Assembly (NCBI GenBank): GCA_964291295.2
Contig: OZ219754.1
Span: 512,001-576,000, forward strand
Reading direction: 5' to 3'
DNA: 64,000 nt
Source: an uncultured Candidatus Binatia bacterium
Lineage (GTDB): Bacteria; Desulfobacterota; Binatia; UBA9968; JAJDTQ01
Shown: positions 11,156 to 20,202 of the stretch, in pieces
Position numbering within the stretch: position 1 is the first letter of the stretch
How the letters are laid out: each line of letters starts with the position of its first letter
Translations under genes and position numbers: made by a program
The notes under the pieces: generated by a model
What the model was told of the DNA's origin: nothing
The model's input: only the letters and a program-made list of their open reading frames with translations
Databases searched by the model: none

Positions 11156-12208
11156 CTATGGATCGCCGGCGGGCTTTTCCGGGAAAAGCAGTTTGCGGAG
11201 GTGCACGATGATCTTCGGGTCCAGCGCGAACAGCCCCTTGACGGTTTCTTCGATGGACGCGCCGGTCACCGGGCGGACCTCCAACCCCCGGCTGTTGGCC
11301 TCGGCGACGAACGCCGGGTCGGCCACGGTGGCTGCAAACGCCTTGCGCAGCGCGGCCAGCCGCGTGCCGGCGGTCCCGGGAGGAAGCGCGTAGGCGCGCG
11401 CGATCTTCGCCGGGTCATGAACGCCGCTCATGAGGAGCATCCGGTCGTCCGGGGACTGGACCCGATCCAGGGCATTGGGCACCTCGGGCAGATCGGGGTG
11501 GGGCTCCGGCATGGCCTGCAGCACGACCTTGGCCTCTCTGGCGGCGAGCATCTTTCGCCACGCCGTCCTGACCGCCTGCCAGTACCCGCAGCCGCCTTCC
11601 ACCTCCTGGTTCCCGGCGGCCAGACGCACCTGGACCGGACCCCGGTATCCGTAGACAAGCTTGAGAGGCAGACCCAGGACCGCGCCGAGAACCCGCGCCA
11701 TGTTGGTGGTGGCGTCATCGCGGCCGATGCCGCCAAGCCGGACAGGCCGGTTGGCGCCGGCCCAAGCCGCCAGATCGTCGATACCGCTCGCCCTGGTCAG
11801 GACACAGACGGGATGCAGGGTCGAAACCGCACCCACCCAGCCGAAACGCCGGGTGTCGAGCCGGACTTCCCTGCCGCCGAATATCTGGTTGTGGATGATG
11901 TCGCCCGCCCAGTTGCCCACCGTCCGTCCGTCCGGTCTGGCTTCGCGGTAGAGGTACTCGGCGGCGACGACGCCGCCGCCGCCGACCATGTTCCGGACCA
12001 CCACCTCGGGGTGGCCCGGGAGATGGCGGCCAATGTGTCGGGACAGGACACGGGTGTGGTTGTCGAAGACGCTCCCGGCACCGGCGCCCACCACAAAGGT
12101 CAGGGTATGTGTCAGGGCATGTTCCCGTGCCGGGGCGTCCGCGCCGGAGACCGCCTGCAGCGCCAGCATCAGGGCCGCCGCGGAAAGACGGATGGGAAAC
12201 ATCGCCAC
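11156..12208 (-). CDS. Tripartite tricarboxylate transporter substrate-binding protein (Bug/TctC-like)
   Basis: Signal peptide, RHLPGHPEVVVRNMVGGGG, PDGRT, LPPGT. Confidence 0.85.
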   Translation of the reverse strand: MAMFPIRLSAAALMLALQAVSGADAPAREHALTHTLTFVVGAGAGSVFDNHTRVLSRHIGRHLPGHPEVVVRNMVGGGGVVAAEYLYREARPDGRTVGNWAGDIIHNQIFGGREVRLDTRRFGWVGAVSTLHPVCVLTRASGIDDLAAWAGANRPVRLGGIGRDDATTNMARVLGAVLGLPLKLVYGYRGPVQVRLAAGNQEVEGGCGYWQAVRTAWRKMLAAREAKVVLQAMPEPHPDLPEVPNALDRVQSPDDRMLLMSGVHDPAKIARAYALPPGTAGTRLAALRKAFAATVADPAFVAEANSRGLEVRPVTGASIEETVKGLFALDPKIIVHLRKLLFPEKPAGDP

Positions 12209-12271
12209 GGTGATCCGCCTCGCGCGTTGTGCAAGAAGGCTCGCTCGGGGGGACGCACGCGGTCTCTTCGG

Positions 12272-13414
12272 TCAGGCCCCGTTCAGCCTTGGCATGACCT
12301 CTTTGTGGAAGAGGTCCAGGGAGTCGATCACCTTGTCATGGGCCAGGTTGCCGATATGGAACATGCCCATGAAATGCTCGGCGCCGATCTGGCTCATCTG
12401 CTGGTTGACCTGCCGCGCCACCGTGTCCGGACTGCCGGCGATGACGAAACCGGTGTCCATGAGCTGCTCCCAACTCATGGGGTGGAAGTTGACCCGCGCC
12501 TCGTTGCCGGGACGGAAGTAGCTGGCGGATCTGGCGCTGACCATGGCCTCCTTGACCTTGCGCTGGTCAACGGCGATGTCCGTCCTGGCTTCGTTGAAGC
12601 CCCGATTCCACAAGGTGAAGAAATACCGCAACGGCGGCTCGGCCACCGCGCGCGCCTGTTGGTCCGTCTCGCCCACGTAGATGTGACGGCAGAGGATGAA
12701 CTTGTCGGGTCCGCTCTCCCGCCCGGCTTCCCCCGCCACCTTGCGGTAGTAGTTGAAGGTGTCCTCGATCTGGTCGACCGTCTGATACACCTGCGCGATG
12801 GGAACCTGACGTTTGACGCACCACTCGATGGATTCCGCGCTGCGCGCCGCCACCCAGATGGGCGGGTGCGGCTGCTGAACCGGTCGTGGCCAGATGGCGC
12901 AATTCTCGAACCGGAAGAACTCTCCCTCGTAGCTCCATACCGGTTCGGTCCAGGCGGTCATGATGACATCGAAGGCTTCGCCGAACCGACCGCGGGACTC
13001 CTGGGGCTTGACGTTGTACCAGAGATACTCCGAGGGAATGCCGCGGACGAACCCCGCAATCAGACGGCCCTCCGACAGACAGTCGATCATGGCGTACTCT
13101 TCCGCCACGCGCACGGGGTGCTGGCGCAGGGGCAGGATGTTGCCGAGCACGCCGATCTTGATGCGGCGGGTCTTCTGGCTCAGGGCGGCGGCGATGAGGT
13201 TCGGCGACGGCATGGTGCCGTAGGCGCTGTAGTGGTGCTCGTTGAACACCACGCCTTCGAACCCCAACTCTTCGCAATAGGCCATCTCCTCCAGGTGCTC
13301 GCGGTAGTTGCGCGAGCCCACCGGGGGATCGAAGTACGAACTCGGAACCGGCGTTCCGGGGACATCCTCCGGGACTTCCGGATAGGCCAACAGGTCGAAG
13401 TTGTAGACTTTCAT
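12272..13414 (-). CDS. LLM-class (luciferase-like) flavin-dependent oxidoreductase
   Basis: NEHHYS, PVRVAEEYAMID, PRPVQQPHPPIW, IAGSPDTV. Confidence 0.92.
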   Translation of the reverse strand: MKVYNFDLLAYPEVPEDVPGTPVPSSYFDPPVGSRNYREHLEEMAYCEELGFEGVVFNEHHYSAYGTMPSPNLIAAALSQKTRRIKIGVLGNILPLRQHPVRVAEEYAMIDCLSEGRLIAGFVRGIPSEYLWYNVKPQESRGRFGEAFDVIMTAWTEPVWSYEGEFFRFENCAIWPRPVQQPHPPIWVAARSAESIEWCVKRQVPIAQVYQTVDQIEDTFNYYRKVAGEAGRESGPDKFILCRHIYVGETDQQARAVAEPPLRYFFTLWNRGFNEARTDIAVDQRKVKEAMVSARSASYFRPGNEARVNFHPMSWEQLMDTGFVIAGSPDTVARQVNQQMSQIGAEHFMGMFHIGNLAHDKVIDSLDLFHKEVMPRLNGA

Positions 13415-13509
13415 CAGTATCCATCTCCTTCGCGAGCACGGCCCGGCCGGCGGATCGAAGGGCTCAAGCCTAGTCCCATCCCTCGGCCACTGTCAATCCA
13501 CGCGATGGA

Positions 13510-15522
13510 CTATCCCGTGAACACTTCGACCAGCGTTCCCGGCGGGAACGGAAGGCTCAGCGAATGGACGAAGATCGCGTGGAATCCGCCCCAGGCGAGG
13601 AGCGTCAGAAGGAGACTGACGAGCCATTTCTCTCCGGCCCCGACCTTGAGGAAGAGGAAGGTGCACAGCGGAACCGTGACCGGAAAGCCGAGCAGCCAGA
13701 TGGAGGCGAAGAAGCCGAGGATCCAGCCCACGATGGTCATCGTGCGCCGCACCACCACCGCGTCGGCTGCCGGGACGGCGATGCCGGCCCGCAGCAGTCC
13801 TTTCACGTCGATCCCCACTTGCGCCAGGGCGAGCACGATGCCGGGGAACCCGATGACCCAGGGGAACAGGCTGGCGCGGAATCCCCAGTCCCGGGCCTGC
13901 CACACGCCCCATGCGAATCCGGCCAGGATCACCACGGTGAAGGCGACATGCCAGCCCGTGACGGGCCTGGGCGCTTCGGCGGCCTCGCTCTCCGGTGCGG
14001 GCACGGCGACGGACGTGGACAGAGCTTCCCGTCTGGCATCGCGCCGCCGCTGGTACAACGGGTAGAGGATGCCCGCCAGAATGATCGCGCCGATGACCAA
14101 CACCCCCGGGAAGCCCACCCATGCCCAGCCGTAGTTGTCGGTGGCCAGGAACAGGTTCTTCTCGGCCAGCGAACCCAGCACCAGCCCCAGCAGCAGCGGC
14201 GGCCGCGGCCAGTCGAGCTGCACCATGACCCAGCCCACCAGACCGAAGGCCAGCACCACGATGAGATCCTCGAAGGCGTTGTTCTGGGCGAAGCCGCCCA
14301 GATAGATGAGCACCAGCAGGAACGGCAGCACCAGGCTGCCGCGCACTTCGGTGATGCGCGCGAGCTGTTTCAGGAAGATGAAACAGACCGAGACGGTGAT
14401 GATGTTCGAGACCACCACGATCCACACGAACGAAAACGTCAGATCGAGGTTTCCGCCCTGGCTGGCGGGCATCAGCATGGGCGGTCCCGGCACGAGACCC
14501 TGGATGATGAAGGCCCCCAGCAGGATGGCCATGGTGACGCTGCCCGGCACGCCGAAGGCGATGGTGGGCACCAGGGCGCCTCCGAGGTTCGAGTTGTTGG
14601 CGGCGCCCGGACCCAGCACGCCTTCCACCGCCCCCTTGCCGAAGCGCTCCTTGTCGGGGGAGGTCTGGACAGCGTGAGCGTAAGCGACCCACTGCGACAC
14701 CGCGCCGCCCATGCCCGGAATGATGCCGATGTAGGTACCGATGGCGCTGCAGCGCAGCACCAGGGCCCAGTGGCGAAAGGTATCCCTGACGCCGTCCATG
14801 ACGCCGCCCAGCTTCTCGATCTTCTTCTCCGAGATGCTCGAACCCTTGACCCAGAGTTCGACCACCTCCGGAATCGCGAACAAGCCCAGGGTCACGGGAA
14901 CCAGCTTGATGCCGTCCCAGAGATAGAGGCTGTCGAAGGTGAAGCGCTCGATGCTGGAAATCGGATCGAGTCCCACGGTGGCGAGCATGAGTCCGATGGC
15001 CGCGGCGGTGAGCCCCCTGATGATGGCCTCACCGCTCAGGGCAGCCAGAAAGGTGACCCCCAGCAGCGCCAGCATGAAGAACTCCGGCGATCCGATGGCA
15101 AGCACCAGCGGGCGGACGATGGGAATGGCCAGAGCCAGGGCAAAGGCGCCGAAGATGGCCCCCACCAGAGAACTCATGAGCGACGCCCCCAGAGCGCGCC
15201 CGGCCTCGCCCTTCTTGGCCATGGGATGACCGTCGACAATGGTGGACGCGGTAATGGCCTCGCCGGGAATGCCGAACAGGATGGAGGTGATGTCGCCGGT
15301 GGTTGCGGTAACGGCGGACATGCCGAGCAGGAAGGCGAAGGCTTCCACCGCCTCCATCTTGAAGATGAATGGCAGCATCAACGCCAGCGTGACGGGTCCG
15401 CCGAGTCCGGGAAGGATGCCCACGGCGAACCCGATCACGATACCCAGCATCATGAGCGTGAAGGTCGTGGCCGTGAAGACTTGTGCCAAGCCTCCGGCAA
15501 AGGCCTGAAGCATTTCACCCAT
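13510..15522 (-). CDS. tctA: TctA permease fused to a C-terminal TctB-like domain
   Basis: GILPGLG, DGHPMAKKGEAGRAL, ANNS, PTIAFGVPGS; extra four-TM tail ending LPFPPG. Confidence 0.9.
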   Translation of the reverse strand: MGEMLQAFAGGLAQVFTATTFTLMMLGIVIGFAVGILPGLGGPVTLALMLPFIFKMEAVEAFAFLLGMSAVTATTGDITSILFGIPGEAITASTIVDGHPMAKKGEAGRALGASLMSSLVGAIFGAFALALAIPIVRPLVLAIGSPEFFMLALLGVTFLAALSGEAIIRGLTAAAIGLMLATVGLDPISSIERFTFDSLYLWDGIKLVPVTLGLFAIPEVVELWVKGSSISEKKIEKLGGVMDGVRDTFRHWALVLRCSAIGTYIGIIPGMGGAVSQWVAYAHAVQTSPDKERFGKGAVEGVLGPGAANNSNLGGALVPTIAFGVPGSVTMAILLGAFIIQGLVPGPPMLMPASQGGNLDLTFSFVWIVVVSNIITVSVCFIFLKQLARITEVRGSLVLPFLLVLIYLGGFAQNNAFEDLIVVLAFGLVGWVMVQLDWPRPPLLLGLVLGSLAEKNLFLATDNYGWAWVGFPGVLVIGAIILAGILYPLYQRRRDARREALSTSVAVPAPESEAAEAPRPVTGWHVAFTVVILAGFAWGVWQARDWGFRASLFPWVIGFPGIVLALAQVGIDVKGLLRAGIAVPAADAVVVRRTMTIVGWILGFFASIWLLGFPVTVPLCTFLFLKVGAGEKWLVSLLLTLLAWGGFHAIFVHSLSLPFPPGTLVEVFTG

Positions 15523-15721
15523 GGTCGTCGGCTTTCAGTGGAGAGAGGTTCCCCGGGTCGGAGGTTCAACCGGGTCGGAACTTCGCCCGGGCGGTCGGGA
15601 AGGATCGATCAGGAACTCGCTTTCGAAACTTGAAATCGAAACCCGAAATAATGCGCGGTGACTTGGCGCGGTCACCAACGCGCCGTGACGAGCGGCGGCC
15701 TGCAATGCGCCGGCCGCGCAT

Positions 15722-15770
15722 GGAACCGTCCGCCGGCGCATGCGCCCGGGCGCGGCCGGGGGACGGTTCC
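15722..15770. terminator. Stem-loop downstream of tctC (terminator or mRNA stabiliser)
   Basis: GGAACCGTCC...GGACGGTTCC 10-bp inverted repeat; no clear U tract. Confidence 0.4.
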
Positions 15771-15797
15771 TCCATTCGATTCGCAACTGCTTCGCAA

Positions 15798-16856
15798 CTA
15801 CTTCTTCGCCAGGAGGACGTCCTTCAACAAGGACAGCGTGCTGTCATCCATGGCGTAGATGCCGTTCATCTTCTTCGCCACCCATTCGCCGCCGTGGGGG
15901 TTCACTTCCAGCTTCGACTTCTCGGCGTTGGCCAGCAACTCGGGGTCCGCCAAGGTGGCCATGAACGCCTTCTGAAGCGTCCTGACCCGGTCCGCGGGCA
16001 CTCCCGGCGGCAGGCTGTAGGGCCGTGCCACGGCGCGGTAGACATCGGCGGCCACTTCCAGGAGCTTCATGCCGGTTTCACCCTTGGCCAGACCGGTCGC
16101 CACGGGCACGTTCATGAGTTCCGGGTGTTTGTCGGGGCCCACCTGGAGAACCGGCTTGACATTGCCGCTCTCGATGCCCTGCCTCCAGGTCGGCTTGATC
16201 GACTGCCACGCCCAGCAGCCGCCGTCCAGTTCGCCCTTCTCCGCCGACACCCGTATGATCGCCGTACCGGAATAACCCTCGACGACCTTCATCGGCAGAC
16301 CCGTTGCCGCCTTGAGCAGCTTGGGCACGTCATCGGTGGTGGAGCCCGGTGCGGTGGCGCCGATCTTGATGGGCCTCTTGGAGTTGATCCAATCTTCGAT
16401 GCTGTTGATGCCGCTGGCCTTGGTGAGCGCGCACACGTTGTCGTCGGTGGACGGCACACCCAGCCAGTTGAACTTGCGGCCGTCGAACTGGACTCCCCTC
16501 TTGCCGAGAACGTGCTGCAGCACCAGCGGGCCGATCCAGTTGCCGACGGTCAGACCGTCCGGCTTGGCCTTGTTGTAGAGGTAGTTGGCGGCGATCAGGC
16601 TGCCCGCGCCGGTGCGGTTCTGAACCACCGTCCTGGGGTTGCCGGGAACGTGTTTGCCGAAGTGGCGGGCAATGAGGCGCGTGTAGGTATCGAAACCGCC
16701 ACCTGGCGAGAAGCCCACCACGAAACGAATGGTCTTGCCCTTGAAAAAGTCGTCCGCTCCCATGGAGAGCGACGGGACCAATGCAAGAACCAGCAACGCG
16801 AGCATGGCCCTGCACAAAAATCGACCGGACATTCGATCGAACATGACACTGAACAT
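15798..16856 (-). CDS. tctC: Tripartite tricarboxylate transporter substrate-binding protein
   Basis: FFKGKTIRFVVGFSPGGGFDTY, NRTGAGSLIAANY, KPDGLT; GGGAGG RBS before 16856. Confidence 0.9.
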   Translation of the reverse strand: MFSVMFDRMSGRFLCRAMLALLVLALVPSLSMGADDFFKGKTIRFVVGFSPGGGFDTYTRLIARHFGKHVPGNPRTVVQNRTGAGSLIAANYLYNKAKPDGLTVGNWIGPLVLQHVLGKRGVQFDGRKFNWLGVPSTDDNVCALTKASGINSIEDWINSKRPIKIGATAPGSTTDDVPKLLKAATGLPMKVVEGYSGTAIIRVSAEKGELDGGCWAWQSIKPTWRQGIESGNVKPVLQVGPDKHPELMNVPVATGLAKGETGMKLLEVAADVYRAVARPYSLPPGVPADRVRTLQKAFMATLADPELLANAEKSKLEVNPHGGEWVAKKMNGIYAMDDSTLSLLKDVLLAKK

Positions 16857-16989
16857 AACGAGCCTCCCATGCGTCGTCGGACGCCGCAATGACACCAAAC
16901 CTTCCCTTGTTTCACAAATCCGGGCCAAAGAAAAGGGCGAATGGGGAAAAATTTGCCAGGATGCGACCGCGTACCCATCCCCGGGGGGG

Positions 16990-17035
16990 TTGACCTCGGA
17001 GTGGACAGGCATTAAAGTGAGCGAACGCTCGTTTG
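16990..17035 (+). promoter_or_regulatory. sigma70 promoter with a TetR/PaaR-type operator at +1
   Basis: TTGACC(16990)-N17-TAAAGT(17013); CGAACGCTCGTTTG at 17022-17035; palindrome GAGCGAACGCTC at 17019-17030. Confidence 0.65.
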
Positions 17036-17122
17036 GTAGATTGCGAAAACGGAAACCGGTACTGACGAGGGAAACCGACAAGGGAATTGTCAAGAGAACT
17101 GGCGAGGGAAAAGGCGAGAGAG

Positions 17123-18223
17123 ATGACGAGAATATCGAATTTCGACGACTGGATCGACTGCTTCAGGGAATGGCAGCGGGACATCGGCTATGACGCCGAC
17201 CTGCTGGGCGGCTACAGGTTCGAGACGAAGCTGGGCGAGTTGCATGGCGACGATATCGAGTTCGGCGACTACCAGGGCAAGGCCAAGTGGGAGCGGGTGG
17301 GCCAGATACCGAACCAGTCCATCCGGGACGCCCTGCTCACCCTCATCGTCTATCAGGGCGACACCGAGTTCGCCTCCGTCGAGCAGCAGAAGAACCTGCT
17401 CGACAACGCTCCCACCGAATACGATCGCCAGGCGCTGATACGCATCAACAGCGACGAGATGCGGCACGGCTGGCAGATGTGTTACCTGCTGATCAAATAT
17501 TTCGGCGACACCGGCAAACTGGAGGCGCGCAAGCTTCTGGAGCGCCGGGCCAGCGAGCGGAAGCGCCTGCTGGGGTCGTTCAACCAGCCGGTGCACAACT
17601 GGCTGGACTTCTTCACCTACACCCAGTTCGTGGACCGGGACGGCAAGTTCCAGCTCACCATGCTCAGCCACTCCGCCTTTGCGCCGCTGGCGCGCAGCGT
17701 CTCGGCCATGCTGAAGGAGGAGTTCTTCCACATGTTCACCGGAAACACCGGCCTCACCCGCATCGTCAGGGCGAACCGGATCCCGCCGCGGATCATTCAG
17801 AAGTATTTCAACAAGTGGCTGTCCACCGCCTATGACCTCTTCGGCACCGACGACTCCTCGTCGGCGCATTGGGCCTACGTCTGGGGCCTCAAGGGCCGCT
17901 TTGACGAGGCCACCGCCGGCGAGCCCGCGGACAAGGCAAGGCTCAACGAGCTGGCTCGCCATCGATATCTCGACGAGTGCCGGGGGTTGGTGGACAATCT
18001 CAACCGCTTCCTGCCCGACGGCGCACCCGGCCTCCGGGTTCCGGACGTCAGGTTCAACCGCTCCATCGGCGACCACGCCGGCATGCCCTACAGCGTTGAC
18101 GGCGACTTGCTCTCCGAAACGGAATATGAGAAACACCTTCTCGAGGTGCTTCCCGGCACCGAGGACGATTTCGTCCTGAACGAGATATTCAAGGACAAGG
18201 ACTGGGTTCTTCAGATGAACTAG
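17123..18223 (+). CDS. BoxB-like / PaaA-family di-iron aryl-CoA ring epoxidase (short form)
   Basis: QGDTEFASVEQQ, DEMRH, RLLGSFN, DRDGKFQL, EEFFH match BoxB di-iron ligand segments. Confidence 0.85.
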   Translation: MTRISNFDDWIDCFREWQRDIGYDADLLGGYRFETKLGELHGDDIEFGDYQGKAKWERVGQIPNQSIRDALLTLIVYQGDTEFASVEQQKNLLDNAPTEYDRQALIRINSDEMRHGWQMCYLLIKYFGDTGKLEARKLLERRASERKRLLGSFNQPVHNWLDFFTYTQFVDRDGKFQLTMLSHSAFAPLARSVSAMLKEEFFHMFTGNTGLTRIVRANRIPPRIIQKYFNKWLSTAYDLFGTDDSSSAHWAYVWGLKGRFDEATAGEPADKARLNELARHRYLDECRGLVDNLNRFLPDGAPGLRVPDVRFNRSIGDHAGMPYSVDGDLLSETEYEKHLLEVLPGTEDDFVLNEIFKDKDWVLQMN

Positions 18224-18246
18224 CCGTTACGACCCGGTCGCCGCGA

Positions 18247-18278
18247 ACGGGTTGCCTCATCGACGGGTTGCCTCATCG
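18247..18278. repeat. Perfect 16-bp tandem duplication
   Basis: ACGGGTTGCCTCATCG x2. Confidence 0.9.
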
Positions 18279-18364
18279 TCCTGGACGAAGAATCCCGTGA
18301 AAGACCCGTGGCTGCCGTGCGGTCTCCGTGCGGTTCTTGTCCCGTCCCGAGCAAGGAGAACCCC

Positions 18365-18688
18365 GTGAATCGTTTTTGCCTCGTCTGTCAGAATGTCGAC
18401 TGCAAGAGTCGAGGCTCCGAAGAGTTGATGCAGGAGCTGCAGGAACGGGTGGCGGCCAAGGGGCTGGACGACGTGGAGGTGCGTTCGTACATGTGTTTCG
18501 GTGCCTGCCAGGACGGCCCCAACCTGGTCATCTATCCGGACAAGTGCTGGTACGCCGGGGCCACGAAAGCGGATGTCGATGACATCGTCGAACACCTGGC
18601 CGGCGGCCCGCCCGTGGAGCGGCTGGACAAGGTCGACCCTTCGCTCAAGGAACTCATCTACCAATTGCTCGACACCGGGGTCTTTTAG
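18365..18688 (+). CDS. Thioredoxin-fold [2Fe-2S] ferredoxin (NuoE-like domain)
   Basis: CQNVDC...CFGACQDGPNLVIYPD; GTG start after AAGGAG. Confidence 0.88.
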   Translation: MNRFCLVCQNVDCKSRGSEELMQELQERVAAKGLDDVEVRSYMCFGACQDGPNLVIYPDKCWYAGATKADVDDIVEHLAGGPPVERLDKVDPSLKELIYQLLDTGVF

Positions 18689-18693
18689 CCGCC

Positions 18694-19926
18694 ATGGAAG
18701 GCATCCTGTTGCCGGGAGGCGTGGCCCAGGGACTCGAGGGGCTTGACGCCTATCGCTCCAGGGGCGGTTACGAGGCCGTCAGCCGACTGGCGCAACTGTC
18801 CCCTCGGGACGTCATCGCCATGGTGGAGGCCTCCGGCCTGCGCGGCAGGGGAGGCGCCGGCTTCCCCACGGGCAGAAAGCTGTCACTTACCCTGGAATGC
18901 CCCGACACGCCCCACTACGTGGTCATGAACGGGGGCGAAGATGAGCCCGGCAGCCACAAGGACCGCGTGCTCATCGAGAATGTCCCCCACCTCGTCCTTG
19001 AGGGAGTCCTTCTCGCGGCCTACGCGGTGAAGGCGGAGAAGGCTTACCTCTACATCAACCACGGATACGAGCGGGCGATGGCGGCTGCGGAGACCGCCAT
19101 GCGGGACGCCCGGGATGCGGGCTACTGGGGCAGGAACATCGCCGGCTCCGGTTTCAGTCTGGAACTGGTGACCGTCCCCGCACCGTCCAGCTACGTGGCC
19201 GGAGAGGACACCGCCGCCCTGGAGGTCATCGAGGGCAAGGAGCCGCTGCCGCGGCAAAAGCCCCCGTTCCCGGTCACGGCCGGACTGTTCGGCAGGCCCA
19301 GCCTGGTCAACAACGTGGAGACGCTGGCCAATATCGCGCCCATCGTCGCCAGGGGACCCGAGTGGTTCCGCTCCTTCGGCACCGGCGAGAACCCCGGAAC
19401 CATGCTCTTCTCGCTAGGCGACGAGATGGAGCGGCCCGGCGTCTACGAGCTGCCCCTGGGGACCCCGCTGCGCTACCTGCTGGAAGAGTGCGGCGGCGGA
19501 TTGAAGGGCGGCAGGCGCATCAAGGCCCTGCTTCCGGGAGGGCCGTCATCGGGATTTCTGCTGTCCGATCACCTCGACATCCCCTTGGACCGCGACGCCT
19601 TGCGCGAGGCCGGCTCTTCCATCGGATGCGGCGCCGTCAAGGTTCTCGCCGAAGACGACTCGGTGGTGGACGAGGTGGTGCGGATCGCGGAATTCTTCGC
19701 CAGAGAGTCCTGCGGCCAATGTCCGGCATGCCGCATGGAAACGAACATGCTGGTGGCGCTGCTCAAGAAGGTTCAGCAGGGCGGGGGGAACGATGCGATC
19801 GTGGAGCAGCTGGAGAAAGTGATCACCTTCAACCGGGGAAAAGGGTTCTGCAGCCTGATCAACATGCCTGGCCCGCCCATCGAGAGCGCCGTCCGGCTTT
19901 TTCCGGAAGAGTTCCGCGGCGCCTGA
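18694..19926 (+). CDS. Stand-alone NuoF/HoxF-like NADH-binding FMN/[4Fe-4S] protein
   Basis: SGLRGRGGAGFPTG, EPGSHKDR, GEDTA, KPPFP, NNVETLAN, ESCGQCPACR...FC. Confidence 0.92.
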   Translation: MEGILLPGGVAQGLEGLDAYRSRGGYEAVSRLAQLSPRDVIAMVEASGLRGRGGAGFPTGRKLSLTLECPDTPHYVVMNGGEDEPGSHKDRVLIENVPHLVLEGVLLAAYAVKAEKAYLYINHGYERAMAAAETAMRDARDAGYWGRNIAGSGFSLELVTVPAPSSYVAGEDTAALEVIEGKEPLPRQKPPFPVTAGLFGRPSLVNNVETLANIAPIVARGPEWFRSFGTGENPGTMLFSLGDEMERPGVYELPLGTPLRYLLEECGGGLKGGRRIKALLPGGPSSGFLLSDHLDIPLDRDALREAGSSIGCGAVKVLAEDDSVVDEVVRIAEFFARESCGQCPACRMETNMLVALLKKVQQGGGNDAIVEQLEKVITFNRGKGFCSLINMPGPPIESAVRLFPEEFRGA

Positions 19927-19938
19927 CAGGCCATCACC

Positions 19939-20124
19939 TCACAGATCGAGGTTCTTCTTCGGCACGTTGAAGACCACCCCCTCGCCGTTCCGCACCAGGC
20001 ACATGTCGTTGCTCCACTCCTTGACCACTTCCAGTTCGTCTCCCGGCGAAAAACTCGCTTCCTCGATGCCGGAATTCTTGGTTGACTGATATTTGCAGTT
20101 GAACGCTTCCTTGACCGTGGCCAT
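19939..20124 (-). CDS. Small 61-aa protein with a putative SH3-like fold
   Basis: Strong GGGAGG RBS, high-GC3 codon use; SFSPGDELEVVKEW...G...VPKKNL. Confidence 0.7.
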   Translation of the reverse strand: MATVKEAFNCKYQSTKNSGIEEASFSPGDELEVVKEWSNDMCLVRNGEGVVFNVPKKNLDL

Positions 20125-20202
20125 CCCCGGCCCCTCCCTTCTTTTCCGTTCCGTGTGCCGGCTTTCAGGATTCGCGGGCGACGGGCGGAATCGAAACCCG
20201 TC

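Noticed and set aside
11100-11160. tRNA-like T-loop (GGCTCGAACCCC)
   Set aside because: No cloverleaf or acceptor stem can be formed.
18694-19926. Part of a complex I operon or a bifurcating hydrogenase
   Set aside because: No other nuo or hyd genes nearby and no C-terminal ferredoxin domains.
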